From positions 1-44,448 of the forward strand of contig JAVECS010000018.1 in the NCBI GenBank assembly GCA_051942165.1: 44,448 nt of DNA, in the 5' to 3' direction. The first letter of the stretch is position 1, and each line of letters starts with the position of its first letter. Positions 1 through 12,200 of this stretch are shown one piece after another. Below the pieces are notes generated by a model that did not search any database, had not been told where the DNA came from, and was given only the letters and a program-made list of their open reading frames with translations. This DNA comes from Circinaria calcarea (lineage: Eukaryota). Both the position numbers and the translations under genes were made by a program.

Positions 1-559
1 GTGTGGTTTCAGTCAGTTAGTATGGACTAGAAAGGGGGGGGGGGGACACCTGCTGCATAGTCGGCATTTTCCTAGTTTGGGGTACTCATAATCCAATCCC
101 ATCACACGGGTTTCAATAATACATCGCTTTCTTTCCGGAACTATCAATAGTCGGGGCATAATTATGACTCGGAGTTGGCGCGCAGGCCCAGAACTAACAA
201 ATTGCTATCTCGGTCCGGCCAATTTTGGCCGGAAATATCGCCTTGGATGTATGGTAGCGGTGAACGAGATGTTTTGTGAAAAAGGAGTTTGGCAAATGTA
301 TCATAATGGTGAGGGGCTAGAGCAGTTGACCTTTGGCGTCTAAAACTCTTTTTTTTTTTTTTTTTTTTCCCCATAGCAAGGTATGTATATGCATTTCAGT
401 GGGAAAGCCAGTGATGCTATAAGACGAATCACCCCTTTGCAGCTTTTCAGGAGGAGCATCACAGTTTATAGGTTAGTACCTATATCGTAGCTTAGACGGA
501 GCTAGCCTGTGACTTGCCAAGACGGGGCCAGTGTCTCCCTTAGGGTGTCAATGTCCCTC

Positions 560-1080
560 CTTGTACCTGGGTAGATTGATGGCGTGGATAATCACTCTCC
601 TTAATATCTATCCACCCCGGCTTCATAAAGACTAGGAGGGCTTTAATGTCCTTGGACACGACTCGACGGGTTATCTGGCGTGGAGACGTCCTTGAAGCCG
701 ATCAGAAGTGGATGATGACTTTTCGGATTCCGAGTCGATATCTGCATCGTCCTATTTTTCTCCAGCAGCTTCGAGTTCGGCTTGCTTCACCTCGGCCGTA
801 ATATGCCATACGACCCAAGCAAAGGCGTGGAGGAAATCCGAGGCAGGCAAGGATATGGGCGAGGACCTAATAAAACATGTAGGCAATCTGCAGGTACGTA
901 AGATGATGCAGACTGCCTTGGTGAGTGCGTGGTGGGACCGGACGGTTTGAAGATGATTCTATGAGCCATAATAATAGACCATCGCCAAGAGCCAAGAATA
1001 CCAGTCCAGCCCATGTGAGTATGCTCAAGGCTGGAAATATCGACAAAAGCAGATAATAAAAGCCATTGTCACTGTTCTAA
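560..1080 (-). pseudogene. Possible decayed membrane-protein gene fragment
   Basis: After an acceptor-like CCCATTTAG the - strand reads NSDNGFYYLLLSIFPALSILTWAGLVFLALGDGLLLWLIE. Across a stop and a frameshift it continues YLQIAYMFY*VLAHILACLG / FLHAFAWVVWHITAEVKQAELEAAGEK*DDADIDSESEKSS, i.e. hydrophobic helices then an acidic tail. No family recognised. Confidence 0.25.
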
Positions 1081-2586
1081 ATGGGAGCTAAAAGTCAAGA
1101 GAGCGTGGAGGAGAAAAGGGAACCATCAGTAAAGGCAGCAGATGGCACAATCATGAGTTTCAGTAGCTTCATAGTGGGATGCAGAGAGCAGCACGCAGGC
1201 ATGACGGGAATGCTGTGTGTTAGAGGCGCCGGCGGCGCATATATCAGCTTGACCCTGCCCTCCCTACCTTGCCAACAACACCAACAAAAATAGCATCGCC
1301 ATCACCCCGGGACCCAAAAACTGATGGGCTAGTCTACTAGACCTGCAGCTATGCTGCTTCGAGCCTTAATCTCCTGTGCCTATGACCAGATCATTTTTAC
1401 CTTACCGGTATTAAAATTCCCTCAAAATCAGTATGGTCGACAACGGATTTCTTAGCTAAAATACAAAAAAAAATAAAGCATTAGCTCTACAGATTCAGGT
1501 ATTATAAAGCGTGCCATACAAATCTCCAAAACACTACAAAGCACAGCGAAATCCCAGCCATGGAAACTCTAAAAAAAAACCAGAAGTCAATAACGACTTA
1601 AAGCACAGAACCGCAGACCACAAAACGGTGGATGGAGCAGGCAGCAATCGTGAAATAAGAAAAAAGCACATGGGAGCATAAAACATCGGCCATGGTGTAG
1701 TAGTACTTCGTCCTACCATAAAACTCCGTACCCACACATGGAATGAATACACCTAGAGTACGAATCCTTCTTTCAACATGAACCAGGCTTAAAGCATATA
1801 ACAGCATCGGACATTGGACATTGGGCATGGGAAATGCAAAATACTGTAGCATAAGGTAGCGGAGATCCTCGCCTCTTTCCCCACCCATATCCATAAAGTT
1901 CCCCCCGGCACGTATTCTATCTATACTGGACAAAACCCCCCCTTTGCTACAATACGGAGGAGACCCCAGGGCTTTGTTGTATCGAGTGCGGTGTTATTCC
2001 GTCTCGGTAACCGAGATCGCGCCTCCCGTTAACTTTGCCATGGCCCATAGGGGCATTTTGGAACTTCCATCAAAGGTTCTACTCGGCTACCTATTCCGTA
2101 CACGTGTAGGAAAAACGAATCGGTCATAGGACGGACATAGATTCGAGAGAGATTTTTACTATGGTCTATAGGGTATTAGCTGTTAACCCCACGCTAAAGC
2201 CACTAAATATTATGGTTAACTGACCGATCTAACTGGTGGAGAACGAGGCTCTAGCTATATTAGGCATCAATCTACTAGTGCCACGTTAACGACCAATACC
2301 CATCCGACCATAGTACTGTACATTCCGAGTCACCCAACGCAGAACCCCTTTTTCCATCAACGCCCAGCCAATCAAACGAGACAACTCGAACTCCACCATC
2401 CACCAAAAGCCCAATCATCCTCATTTCCTACTGTACTACCTGGCTCAATTATGCTGTGTGGATGTACCTATGGCAACCTCAAGTCACGGATGAATGCAAC
2501 ACTAACATAAGAGAAGGCTGACAAAACGTAAAGTAAACCACCATCTGAATGCACAACTCAACGCAAGGCCGCTCGTGGCCACCTGA

Positions 2587-5500
2587 TTACAACTGCCCCG
2601 AGAGGATCGCCTCGGTCGCTAAAAGAAAGACTCCGTTAGCGTCAAGCCTCCGTCTGCAGGATAACTTTAGCCTTCTGCAAGCTTACCTGAGCCAATGTAT
2701 GCCTTTCTCGGCTCCAGGTTCATGCCGAACCTCCTCTCCAGTTCCATCTTGATACTTTTTTTCGTCACCATCATCAGGTCCGCCGTCCGGAGGATTTCCC
2801 GGATCTCGGAGAGGATTGCATCATCGGTGGGAAGCCCCGCGAGCTCGGCCATCTCCACGTTGTCCTCATACCCAGTCTTGAGGGGCTCCGACGGCGCCAG
2901 CGACAGGTGAGAGCCGTAACGATGCATTTCCATATGCGACATGGCTCGAGAGGGCGGGAAGCCATACTCGGATTGCGCGGGATGGTAGGATTTCGTGCCA
3001 TAGGAGATTCCAGATATCTCGGATCGGTCGTCGCGTTGAGTCTGAGCGTCCCACAGTTCGGCTTGGTACTCCTCCCACTTCTTGCGTGGAATGCTCGAGG
3101 GATCGAATTTGCCCTCATCCGTGATGAGGATCTGCCTGCCCTTTTCACCCGTGACCACTCGAGTGTTTCCCCACGAGAAGTCATCCATATGCCAAAAGGC
3201 GTATAGTGGTAAGCCCAGTGAGAAGACGGGTGTGGCAAGGACATAGATGATCATCCAGCCAATCATTTCCCACTTCCGCCTTAGAATGAAGATGATGGCT
3301 TGCAAACCATAGATGGCTCCCAAGAGAACAAAGGCGAGGACCGGTATGACTTGCGTACGTAAAGCAACCAGAACAATAAGGTAAACAATGTACGCGACAG
3401 TTACTGGCTGGACAATGGTACTGAGTAGGTCGAGAAAGACAACAAACCGCATGCTGAAGCAGCAGAATCCGCATAGCTGCTGAAGGGGTATGAGTTCAAT
3501 GAGATTATGTACAGTCGAGTTAATCCAGCGGCGACGTTGTGACATGAAGATGGCCCAGCTGTCGGGTGCGATCGTCCACGCATACGCATGGAAGATGTAC
3601 TTGGTCTTGTACTTTGAGTGGAACTTCAGCAAAAGGGTGGTCAAATAACGATCTTCACCCAGGTGCAACAGATTCTTCATGTGAAGCGTATCAACCCGCA
3701 TCGTGGAATAAGCTTCAATGACTTCCCGACTGACGAACAAAGGTTTTCCGGTCTCGGCCGCTCGGATACGGTACATGCTGAAGCACCCCGGTAAACAGGT
3801 GACAGACCCAAACAAGCTTTCGAAGGCCTTGGTGAGATTGTGAGAAATGTAGTACTCGTAAACCTGTATCATAGTAACGAAGGAAGACTTGGCATTGGTC
3901 AAAGCCGTCTCTCCACATATCCCAATCAGCCTGGAATCGTGCAAGAATGCCGCCACCATTCGCGTCGCCGAATCGGGAGCTACCACAGTGTCTGCATCGA
4001 TTTGGAACAAAAACTCGTAAAAGGTCGGATTAACCCCGATGATGTTGCGGATTTGATGGTGCATTTCTAGTTCTAGCGGATTCATGGCGTGGTTGTAGTG
4101 GACACGGTTCAAGAACCGCATAAGAAGCATCTGCGAATCTCGCTTGCCACGGTTTCCAGGTCTGGAGACTTCTGAAGGCTTTCCAATCTTGACGACAACC
4201 AGAAACGGAACGATATGACCTTGTACCTCGTATAGGCCGGAGTAGACCTTGCCCATGTTATGCTGCTTCATCCCTTCACCCAAACTCTCAAAACTTAGGG
4301 GTTCAGGGTCAACAGACTCGGAGACACCTAAGATGTCTAGGACGATCCTCGGCGTTGGTCTGTCGTTTCCTTGCCCGATGATCATACCGTCACAAATGAT
4401 GACGAGGAGCTTCCGTTTATCATCATACTTCATACGAGCTGCTGAATCGATGGCACGGCGAAGAGAATCCTCGTCCTCGGTGTAGGCAGGCACCTGACAA
4501 ATCACAAACTTGTCGAGATTTTCCGGAACGTTCTTCTTACCGAATTGAAGTGCTGCGAAAAACTTAAAACCAATGACGCTCACCAAAAGGATTGATATCG
4601 CCAGTAGGACATACTGCGCGAACAAGCATCGCGTGGAATTCCTGGTATCCGTTTCACCGACAAAAAACAGATTGTCCAGACAAGTCTGGATACGATACCG
4701 CTCGACACCAGATAGGCTCATGGCTTCCCAGTATTTGGTGATGTCCTCACCAGCATTCTCCTGGAAGAGATTGACAATCTGAGAGTCCATAAAATCGGCG
4801 TCGACGCCCTGCGGAACCGACTGCCCTTGAGGTACCTGTAACCTGCGGCCCCCCTTTACGTAGTCTGTGAAATCATATACTCGACCATTCAGGATTGCGA
4901 TCGACATTGACTTGTCGGCCAACTGCTTGACGTATTTGGGAGTATAACCGACGTAGCCCCTCTTGTAATTGGCAATAAGCATCTTCATCTGGTCTTGAAA
5001 CCAATCGGGTCGAGAGTCATTGGTAAAGTACCTGAAGTCATGATACTTTGCGTTGGGGTCGGAGCTACTAATAACGCTAGCTGATCCAGAAATGTTGGAT
5101 GGTGAATAATTTAGCAGAATAGCTGGATCGAGTGGACCATCCTTCCCTTGGCATAAAGCGGATACCTGGACAGGGAAAAGATCAGTTGCATCGATCCCAG
5201 CATACTTCTTAAGAGATTCTTGTGGAACGATTGAGGGATAGTGGTTAGGCATGAATGCTCCGAGGTCGAAGACATTGCCGCGTATAACGATGTAGGCGCC
5301 AGCTTTCCCTTTGCCATTATATGCGGAGAGTTCACTTGCCGAGAAGACATCCTGCTTCGGACAGATGAGTTCTGGAAAGATCACAATGAAGAAGACCACA
5401 AAACCACAGCTGAGCCAAATCAGAAGATTGATGGCAAGTTTCTCTCGCCATGCAGTGCGAACGTCCTTGCGTTTCATACCGCCCACCCATTTGATGAGAA

Positions 5501-8326
5501 AATCCGGCAAGTAGAAAGTCAGCAAGTAGACAACGGCAAGCCAGCGCTTTCGACTACCCGACGTCACAATCTCGTCGACTTCTGTCATCTTCTTTTCATT
5601 GCCTTTTTCGGCCATCTGCTCCCGTGTCTCGAGGTTCCGAAACATGTCACCGGAATTGAATGCTGACGCTCCAGCTTCAGACTTTGAATCAAGTTCCCGA
5701 TTACCAAAGTAGCCGGGAGGTTTGGGTTCGTCGCCATAGATATAAGCACCTGGCGATAAAGGATTGTTGGGGCCTAGTAGCCTCGTATTGGGTCCACTCA
5801 AACCACGATCGGCTCCGAACGTACCATCATATGTATTCTCACTCGTGTCAGGACCTAGGAAACGACCGCTAACAAAGCCCTTCTCGGTAAGTTGTGCAAT
5901 GCTAGCCCAGCACCGTTCGCTGAGGAAAACTCCAGTGGTACCTAACCGCGCCTCGTTTCCGGGCCATTGCTTCTCTTCTAGTACACTTTCTGCCTTTTCA
6001 CGCTCGCTACCCACTAGAATCGACTCTGCTTGACTTAGAACAAGAAACTCACCAAAAGGCAAGAACAAGCTAAAGTCAGCTGTCCGCAACCGCTGACTGA
6101 TCTCGGCAATGCCTAGTGTCTGTATCTGCATACGCACACATTTGCTGTCAAATTGATTGGCAAGACGTCGATCGTTTGGCTTAAGACAGAAGACATAATA
6201 GGAATTGGTATTCGGGGAGGTGACCGATTTTCTGATGTTCTCCAGCGAGGCCAAGAATTGCCCGGACGCTGCCTGATTGGGGCCGCCTGATTTCGGGTTC
6301 CCTCTTCGACTATCGACGGCAGTTTTACGAGGTTCACCTTCTTCACTAGCCTCGTCATCCGTACTTCCTCCATGCTTACGGGCGTCACTCTTAATTCGTG
6401 CTGCAAGCCCAGCAGGCCGGTCGCCTCGGCGTCGTGCCATACTAGGCATGCGCAAGGGTTTCGAACTAACCTGTGCCTGCATCACTGCGGTCTTTTCCTT
6501 GGGATGCATCACCGCTTGAAGGGCTTCCTGACCAAACAGCTCACGAACAAAGTCACTCTTGGTGCCGTTGATGAGGTTCATCATATCTCCGGAGATGACC
6601 TCCCCGTTGTCCTCCACCAAGCCGTTAACGGGATAATCAACCTCGCCGGCAAAGTGCTTGACGGTAAACGCGGCAGCAAGATTGCGCGTTGCAAAGTTAC
6701 TACCAGGCATGATGGCGGTTGCACTTCCTGCTGTAATAGCCGGGTTTTTGTTTTCAAATCGCTTGCGTAAACTTTCTAGGAATTGAACATCTGTTCGACC
6801 TCGTCGTGTCTGATCGTCCAGTATACTAAGTAGACCGTTTCCAGGTTTGAGCAGTCCCCGTACAGCATCAGTGTTATCAAAGTAGCTGGTTGCAGCAACG
6901 GTGACGTCTTCAGTCTCGAGTAGGTCGGCTTTGCGCTCAAAGTAATTTTGCAGACACAAATTGTAAAGTGATTCGTTGGCGGCATTGTTGAGCAGCTGAT
7001 CAAGTGTAGATCCAGTTGACGCGGCCTGGGCAAATCCTGGAAAGTCAACTATGGAAATCGTGTTGGCAATAGAATCTTCCAATGCACATGTCCGCTGGTT
7101 GATATGTTCGATTATATATGCGACAAGCAAAGAGTATAGGGTTTTGGCGAGCTCGTCGGCATTCTCCCGCGCACCCTTTGGATCGAGCATAACAGTGACA
7201 CGTTCCCGATGGATCGTTTTGGTCTTGTAACCCAGGCTCGTCTCCAGGTCGGATGCACTCAACCCGAGGAAAGCGGCAATTATCCCTAGGACATTTTTAT
7301 TTCTGACCACGGTAACATCTTCACCTCCCTCGTGGGAATAGCCGCCGCTCTCATCCGCGGCAGGAGTGGTTGTTTGGGTAGTCATGAACTCTAACTGTCC
7401 AATGTGGAGAATACTTGCAAGGATCTGGCAGATTTCTGCCACCTCTCCGCGTGGAAACTCGAGCTTCCTAAGAGCCGTCTTAAAGTGTTGAAACCCCTCC
7501 GCATCATTAATGCCAACTTTCAATTGCGTCGGATGCCCCAAATATCGCCATCTCTTATGACCGATTGTACTCGAGGACCGGGTGCCTACTACTCCTCCTT
7601 CAGTGACAACTCCCAGCATATCCAAACCCAGGTGTTCTTTTTCCGCTGCACTTGTGCCGGCGAGTAGATAGTACAACACGTGAAAACTTCGCTCCCCGGT
7701 AGGGACATTGGCTATTCTGCTTCGTTCTAAGCGATGATCCAAAAGCTTCCCTCCAATCAGAGTGGGATTCAAAGTCGAAGACGCGTCATATTGGAGTTCA
7801 AGGAAGAGTCCGGCTTTTGATGCTGTCGGAGTTGTGACCGACTTCGTGGTGGTCAAGGTGTCAAACACAAAAGCGGCAAGGGATATTTTCGTGGAGAGCG
7901 GGGTGGAAGAGAATGAAAGCAGGGAGGAGAGAAGATGGGAACGGATTGTGGTCTTTCCTGTACCTGATTCCCCCAAGAAGACCACCGCCTGATTCTCTCC
8001 ACGACTTCCTAATCTAGCCCATGCTCGTCCAGCCAATTCTTCCGCCTCTCCCATTGCACTTCCATCTTTGCCGCCGTCAGGGCCTTTCGCAGAGGATGTG
8101 TATGTATTGAGGGCGACGAGGCCTTGTGACGAAAGGCGAGCGGTAGGCAGTGAGACGTGAAAGCTGGTATGGTTAGTAAACGACGTATCGTGTGCTGTAC
8201 TCTGGAGTCCTACCGGCTTGCGAGATGCGCAGTCAAATGTGTATCTGACTGTAGATGGGCGGGTAAAGCGGGCAACGAGGCCTGGGAGTGTGACGGAGTG
8301 CTACCTGTCAAGGACGGAAGAGCCAT
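2587..8326 (-). CDS. csmA: Class V chitin synthase with myosin motor-like domain (CsmA/ChsV type)
   Basis: Exons 8326-8214, 8163-2687, 2618-2587; introns GTAGGA..CAG and GTAAGC..TAG. N-term [26 protein letters not shown]-loop [14 protein letters not shown] and DFPGF switch regions, cytochrome-b5-like region, GT2 motifs ([21 protein letters not shown]), C-terminal DEK_C domain ending [10 protein letters not shown]. Confidence 0.97.
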
Positions 8327-9293
8327 AATAGCAATCGATGGACCTTGATAGTAAAGCTTTAAGGGTAGCTATGCTAACTTCGCCTATGTATCAGAAGATA
8401 GTTTTCGAGGACATTGGGTGTTCAGGCGTGGTAGAAGATTGCAAGGAGAAGAATGGGCCAAAAACGAATGTAGTTGTTGAGAACCTCTTCCAGACAGACA
8501 CCAGGTAGAGGAAAAAGCGAGCGTCAGGTCCTTTGCACGAGCAATCAACGAATGTAAATGGTATTGAGCTTCGACGTTGCACCCTTAACGTTTGCCGCTT
8601 CGGGATTCGGACTGCACTATATTTAGAGAAGAAAGGTTACGAAGATTTCCAATATGGTAGGTAACCGAATATCGCCACTAGCATCGTTGATTGCGTGGAC
8701 CGATCACAGTCCACCCTCCCTCTATTAGCACACTTAGACCGAAAGATGTCGCTGGGGTGAAGGCGTTGATTCGCTGAGGCAACGGATTACCTACCAGTAC
8801 TTTCGTATGCAAAACAGTGAAAAGTCAATGTCATCTTCGCCCCAGCAACAGCACCGGCAAACCGGTCTAACCTTCCCTAGCGCTAGCTGATACGGAAAAT
8901 AAATAACGTAACATTGGAAGTAGTTGCGCTCATCGACTTCATCCGAATCTCCAATTCCCTTTTTCATTGTGCCTATTTGACTTGTTGGACGCCTTTCTCC
9001 AGCATCCCACATTCGTTTTCCATCCGACTCTCGTTCAATCCCGTGCACATATCACTCGTTGAGGTAGTCCATCGCCCCAGAACACCGACAGGGGCCTTCG
9101 CGCTCTCTTTTCGTCCGCATTTCGGTCGAGGGGTTGGAGTACGAAGCTAACAGCAACGTCTTTGCTGGGGTGTCGTACATCCTAAGGTTGATCGTTCGGT
9201 TACAACTTTGTGGAAGGGAAGAGTCTTGCAACGATCCGAAAGAGACAACACGTTGCCGCTCCCCTGAATTTCTGGGAGTCCCCCACACGTAAG
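8327..9293. promoter_or_regulatory. Shared bidirectional csmA/csmB intergenic promoter (967 bp) with an Rlm1/RlmA-type MADS-box site CTATATTTAG at 8617-8626
   Basis: Lies between the two divergent start codons; exact match to the CTA(A/T)4TAG consensus. Confidence 0.7.
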
Positions 9294-12200
9294 ATGGCCA
9301 CTACGCCAACCTACTTATCGACCTACTCGAGCATTCCGACACCAGTAGTTTCTCGCTCTGCTGCCCAGCAATCCACACAGGTCTCAACTACCACCTTACT
9401 CAATACCCTGCATACCATCTATGCTTCCGCCCAGACTTACCCCCTCGACGCTGGCGCTACCCTGGTAGTGAACACATGGCTCACTGCAGTCAACTTCAGT
9501 ATCGAAGGTCACAATGGTGGGACCGTTGATAAGGAGCTGGCGAGGAAGGCTTGGGAGCATGCTCGGAGGCGAGCAGAAGATGGATGCGTTGTGCTGACGT
9601 GGGTCAACGTGCTATACCTTAAATCTATATCGAACTTCCTGCTAACTGGACTACTAGGTCTTTGCACCAATCAACTCCATCCCTCTTAACTCCCTTCATC
9701 TCCGCACTTCCAGTGTCAATACCCTCATCCTTGTATACTGCGCTTGCGGTCCTAAGACCATTCACATGCCATGTAACACCCTGGAATTCCTCAACAGCCC
9801 GGCATTCGGCATTGGCCGCATCCTTCACATTTACACTTACGGGTGATCTGACTGCTGCAGCAGTGTCTTTGTCTACCTCCGGTATAGATACTTCAAAAGG
9901 TCTTCTCAATCTACCAGCAGAGGCAGGGTTCCGAGCTTTTGATGTGTTTTATTACCTCTTAACATCTGCATCAACACCCGCCGAGCGCGAATTCCTTGGA
10001 TTGAAGCAGCCATCGGCCTATGCCCTTTTAAATAAATCAGGAACCTTCGATCCTCCTGCATATCTTCCAGCAGCCGATGATGCTGCTTCTGCCGAAGACT
10101 TTCGGGTGTCGTTGAAGGCCATTGGGATCAAGGGATCGGCCCATCGGAGTTTGATATCGGTGCTGGCTGGTCTGCTGAAGTTGGGGAACACTACTGGCTT
10201 CTTGGTAGACGCGGAAATTCTTGAAGAGGTATGTGAGGAGGTCGGGGGCTTACTGGGTCTGGATCCGGAGTTCTTAGCGCGGAGGTGTAACACGAACGAA
10301 CGTGAGATTCTTATCGCAGGCATCTACGAGAACCTTGTGGACTGGGTACTTATGAAGTCGAACGAGGCAATCGCAAAAGAGCTCCAGAATATCAAGCTCC
10401 ACGATTCGTCTAGTGATGTCAGTAGTGGAGGGTATGGTGCAATTACACCGCCAACCGATGAAGAGACTGGAGATACCGTTAGTATCAGAGTTGTTGAGAT
10501 TCCAGGGCAAGATTTAGGCAAGGCAGTAGCACTCCGCGGAGTCTTTGATGATTCGCTTGGCATCAACGCTGAAATGAAAGATGATGGAATTGAAATTCTC
10601 AGCGCAGGGTCATCTGTTGTCAAGGAGATGGACAACGCAGTTTCAAGTGTTGCAGCAGACTTGGGGATACTCGGTGGTCCGATAAGCAGAGAGCGAGAGC
10701 ACGAGCGAGATTGCAGGGAAAACTTACTGGAAAGGGTAGGCGCCGAAGTCGACACTGGCAGTTTCTTACAAAGGATTTTGTATCCAATTGAAGGTGAGGG
10801 TGTGAACGTTGGAAAACTCGGTCGGCTTGATTTACCCGCAGTACTTGAAAGCAGCCGGGTCTGGTATCACTTATCCCTTCATCCAACCGACGAATCTCCT
10901 GCGCGACTTGCATCACTGGCCTCGACAACGTCAGCCTGGTCTGCTGGTACTGTGTCAAGACAACTTCGAGCGTGGAGACTTCCAGAATGGGCCAACCGAA
11001 GAAACAAAAACCTCGATTTTACCGCTGATTTTGACATTGATGAGTTCTGCAACAGGTATGCGCGACTGGGCTGTAAAGAAGGCAGGGATGGTGTCGAAAG
11101 CTGGATATTAGAGCGTGGATGGAGTAACGGTGAAGTTGTCATTGGACGCGAGCGGGTCTGGATACGAGAAGGTGCATGGTGGGAGGCTGAAAGCATGCTA
11201 GATCTCAAGCCTGAGGCTGCTCCATCGTACGGCAATGGCCCTTTTGCGGATGGGATGGGTTTCGCAGGGAGGGAAAGCGGTTACTCGGCCATCTCAGCTG
11301 GGCCCAACGGCAGCGGCTTCTTTCCACCAATGGGGGACGTTTTCACGCCATTGGGAGGCCGGGAAACCCTCTTGCAGCGACCACAAAGCGCTGCTACCAT
11401 GGCTAAAAGCGCCGTAGGAGCGGCGCGATCAATCGCGCCAACTGTGGCTCGCACTCTCAATACCATGCCAGGTGATTATGGCCTAGGAGCTAAAGGAGAT
11501 GACAAAAAGGGGCAGATCACATACTATGATGACGAGATTGGAGAGTTCAATGGGGAATTAGACCCCGAGCTGGGAGATCCCAAGCATATCGCTTCACAGA
11601 CCATTTCAAAGTCCCGGCGCGTATGGGTCGGGTTTGTGTGGGCTCTCACTTTCTGGATACCTTCGTTCGTCTTGCGATACGTAGGTCGAATGAAACGGCC
11701 CGATGTTCGGATGGCTTGGAGAGAGAAGCTTGTGCTCATGATGCTGATTTTCCTGTTGAACGCAACTGTGGTCTTCTACATTGTTGAGTTCGGTAGACTC
11801 CTGTGTCCCAGTTTCGACAAGGCGTGGAACACGGACGAAGTCAGTACACATCAGGGGGACAACGACTTCTGGGTCAGCATCCACGGCAAAGTATACGATA
11901 TCACAAAATTCTGGAAGATACAGCATAGCGATACTTCCGTTCAGACCACGAAAGATATCATGCAGCCGTTCGGTGGCATGAACCTGGATGCTTATTTCCC
12001 ACCTCCTCTAACCAAAGCTTGCCAGTACTTGGTGACTGATGATTTTATCCAATTGATACCCAATAACAGCGTGGCAAACTCGGCGGCCGTTCACACGTCA
12101 GGACCACGCTATCAACCTAATCCAAATACCGAACTTTACTCAATTGATTGGTACACTCACAGTTTCTTGCCTAAGATTCAGGAATACTATAAAGGGGACC

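Noticed and set aside
1300..2500. Short ORFs and GGACATT mini-repeats downstream of csmA
   Set aside because: No coherent gene model or element structure could be supported.
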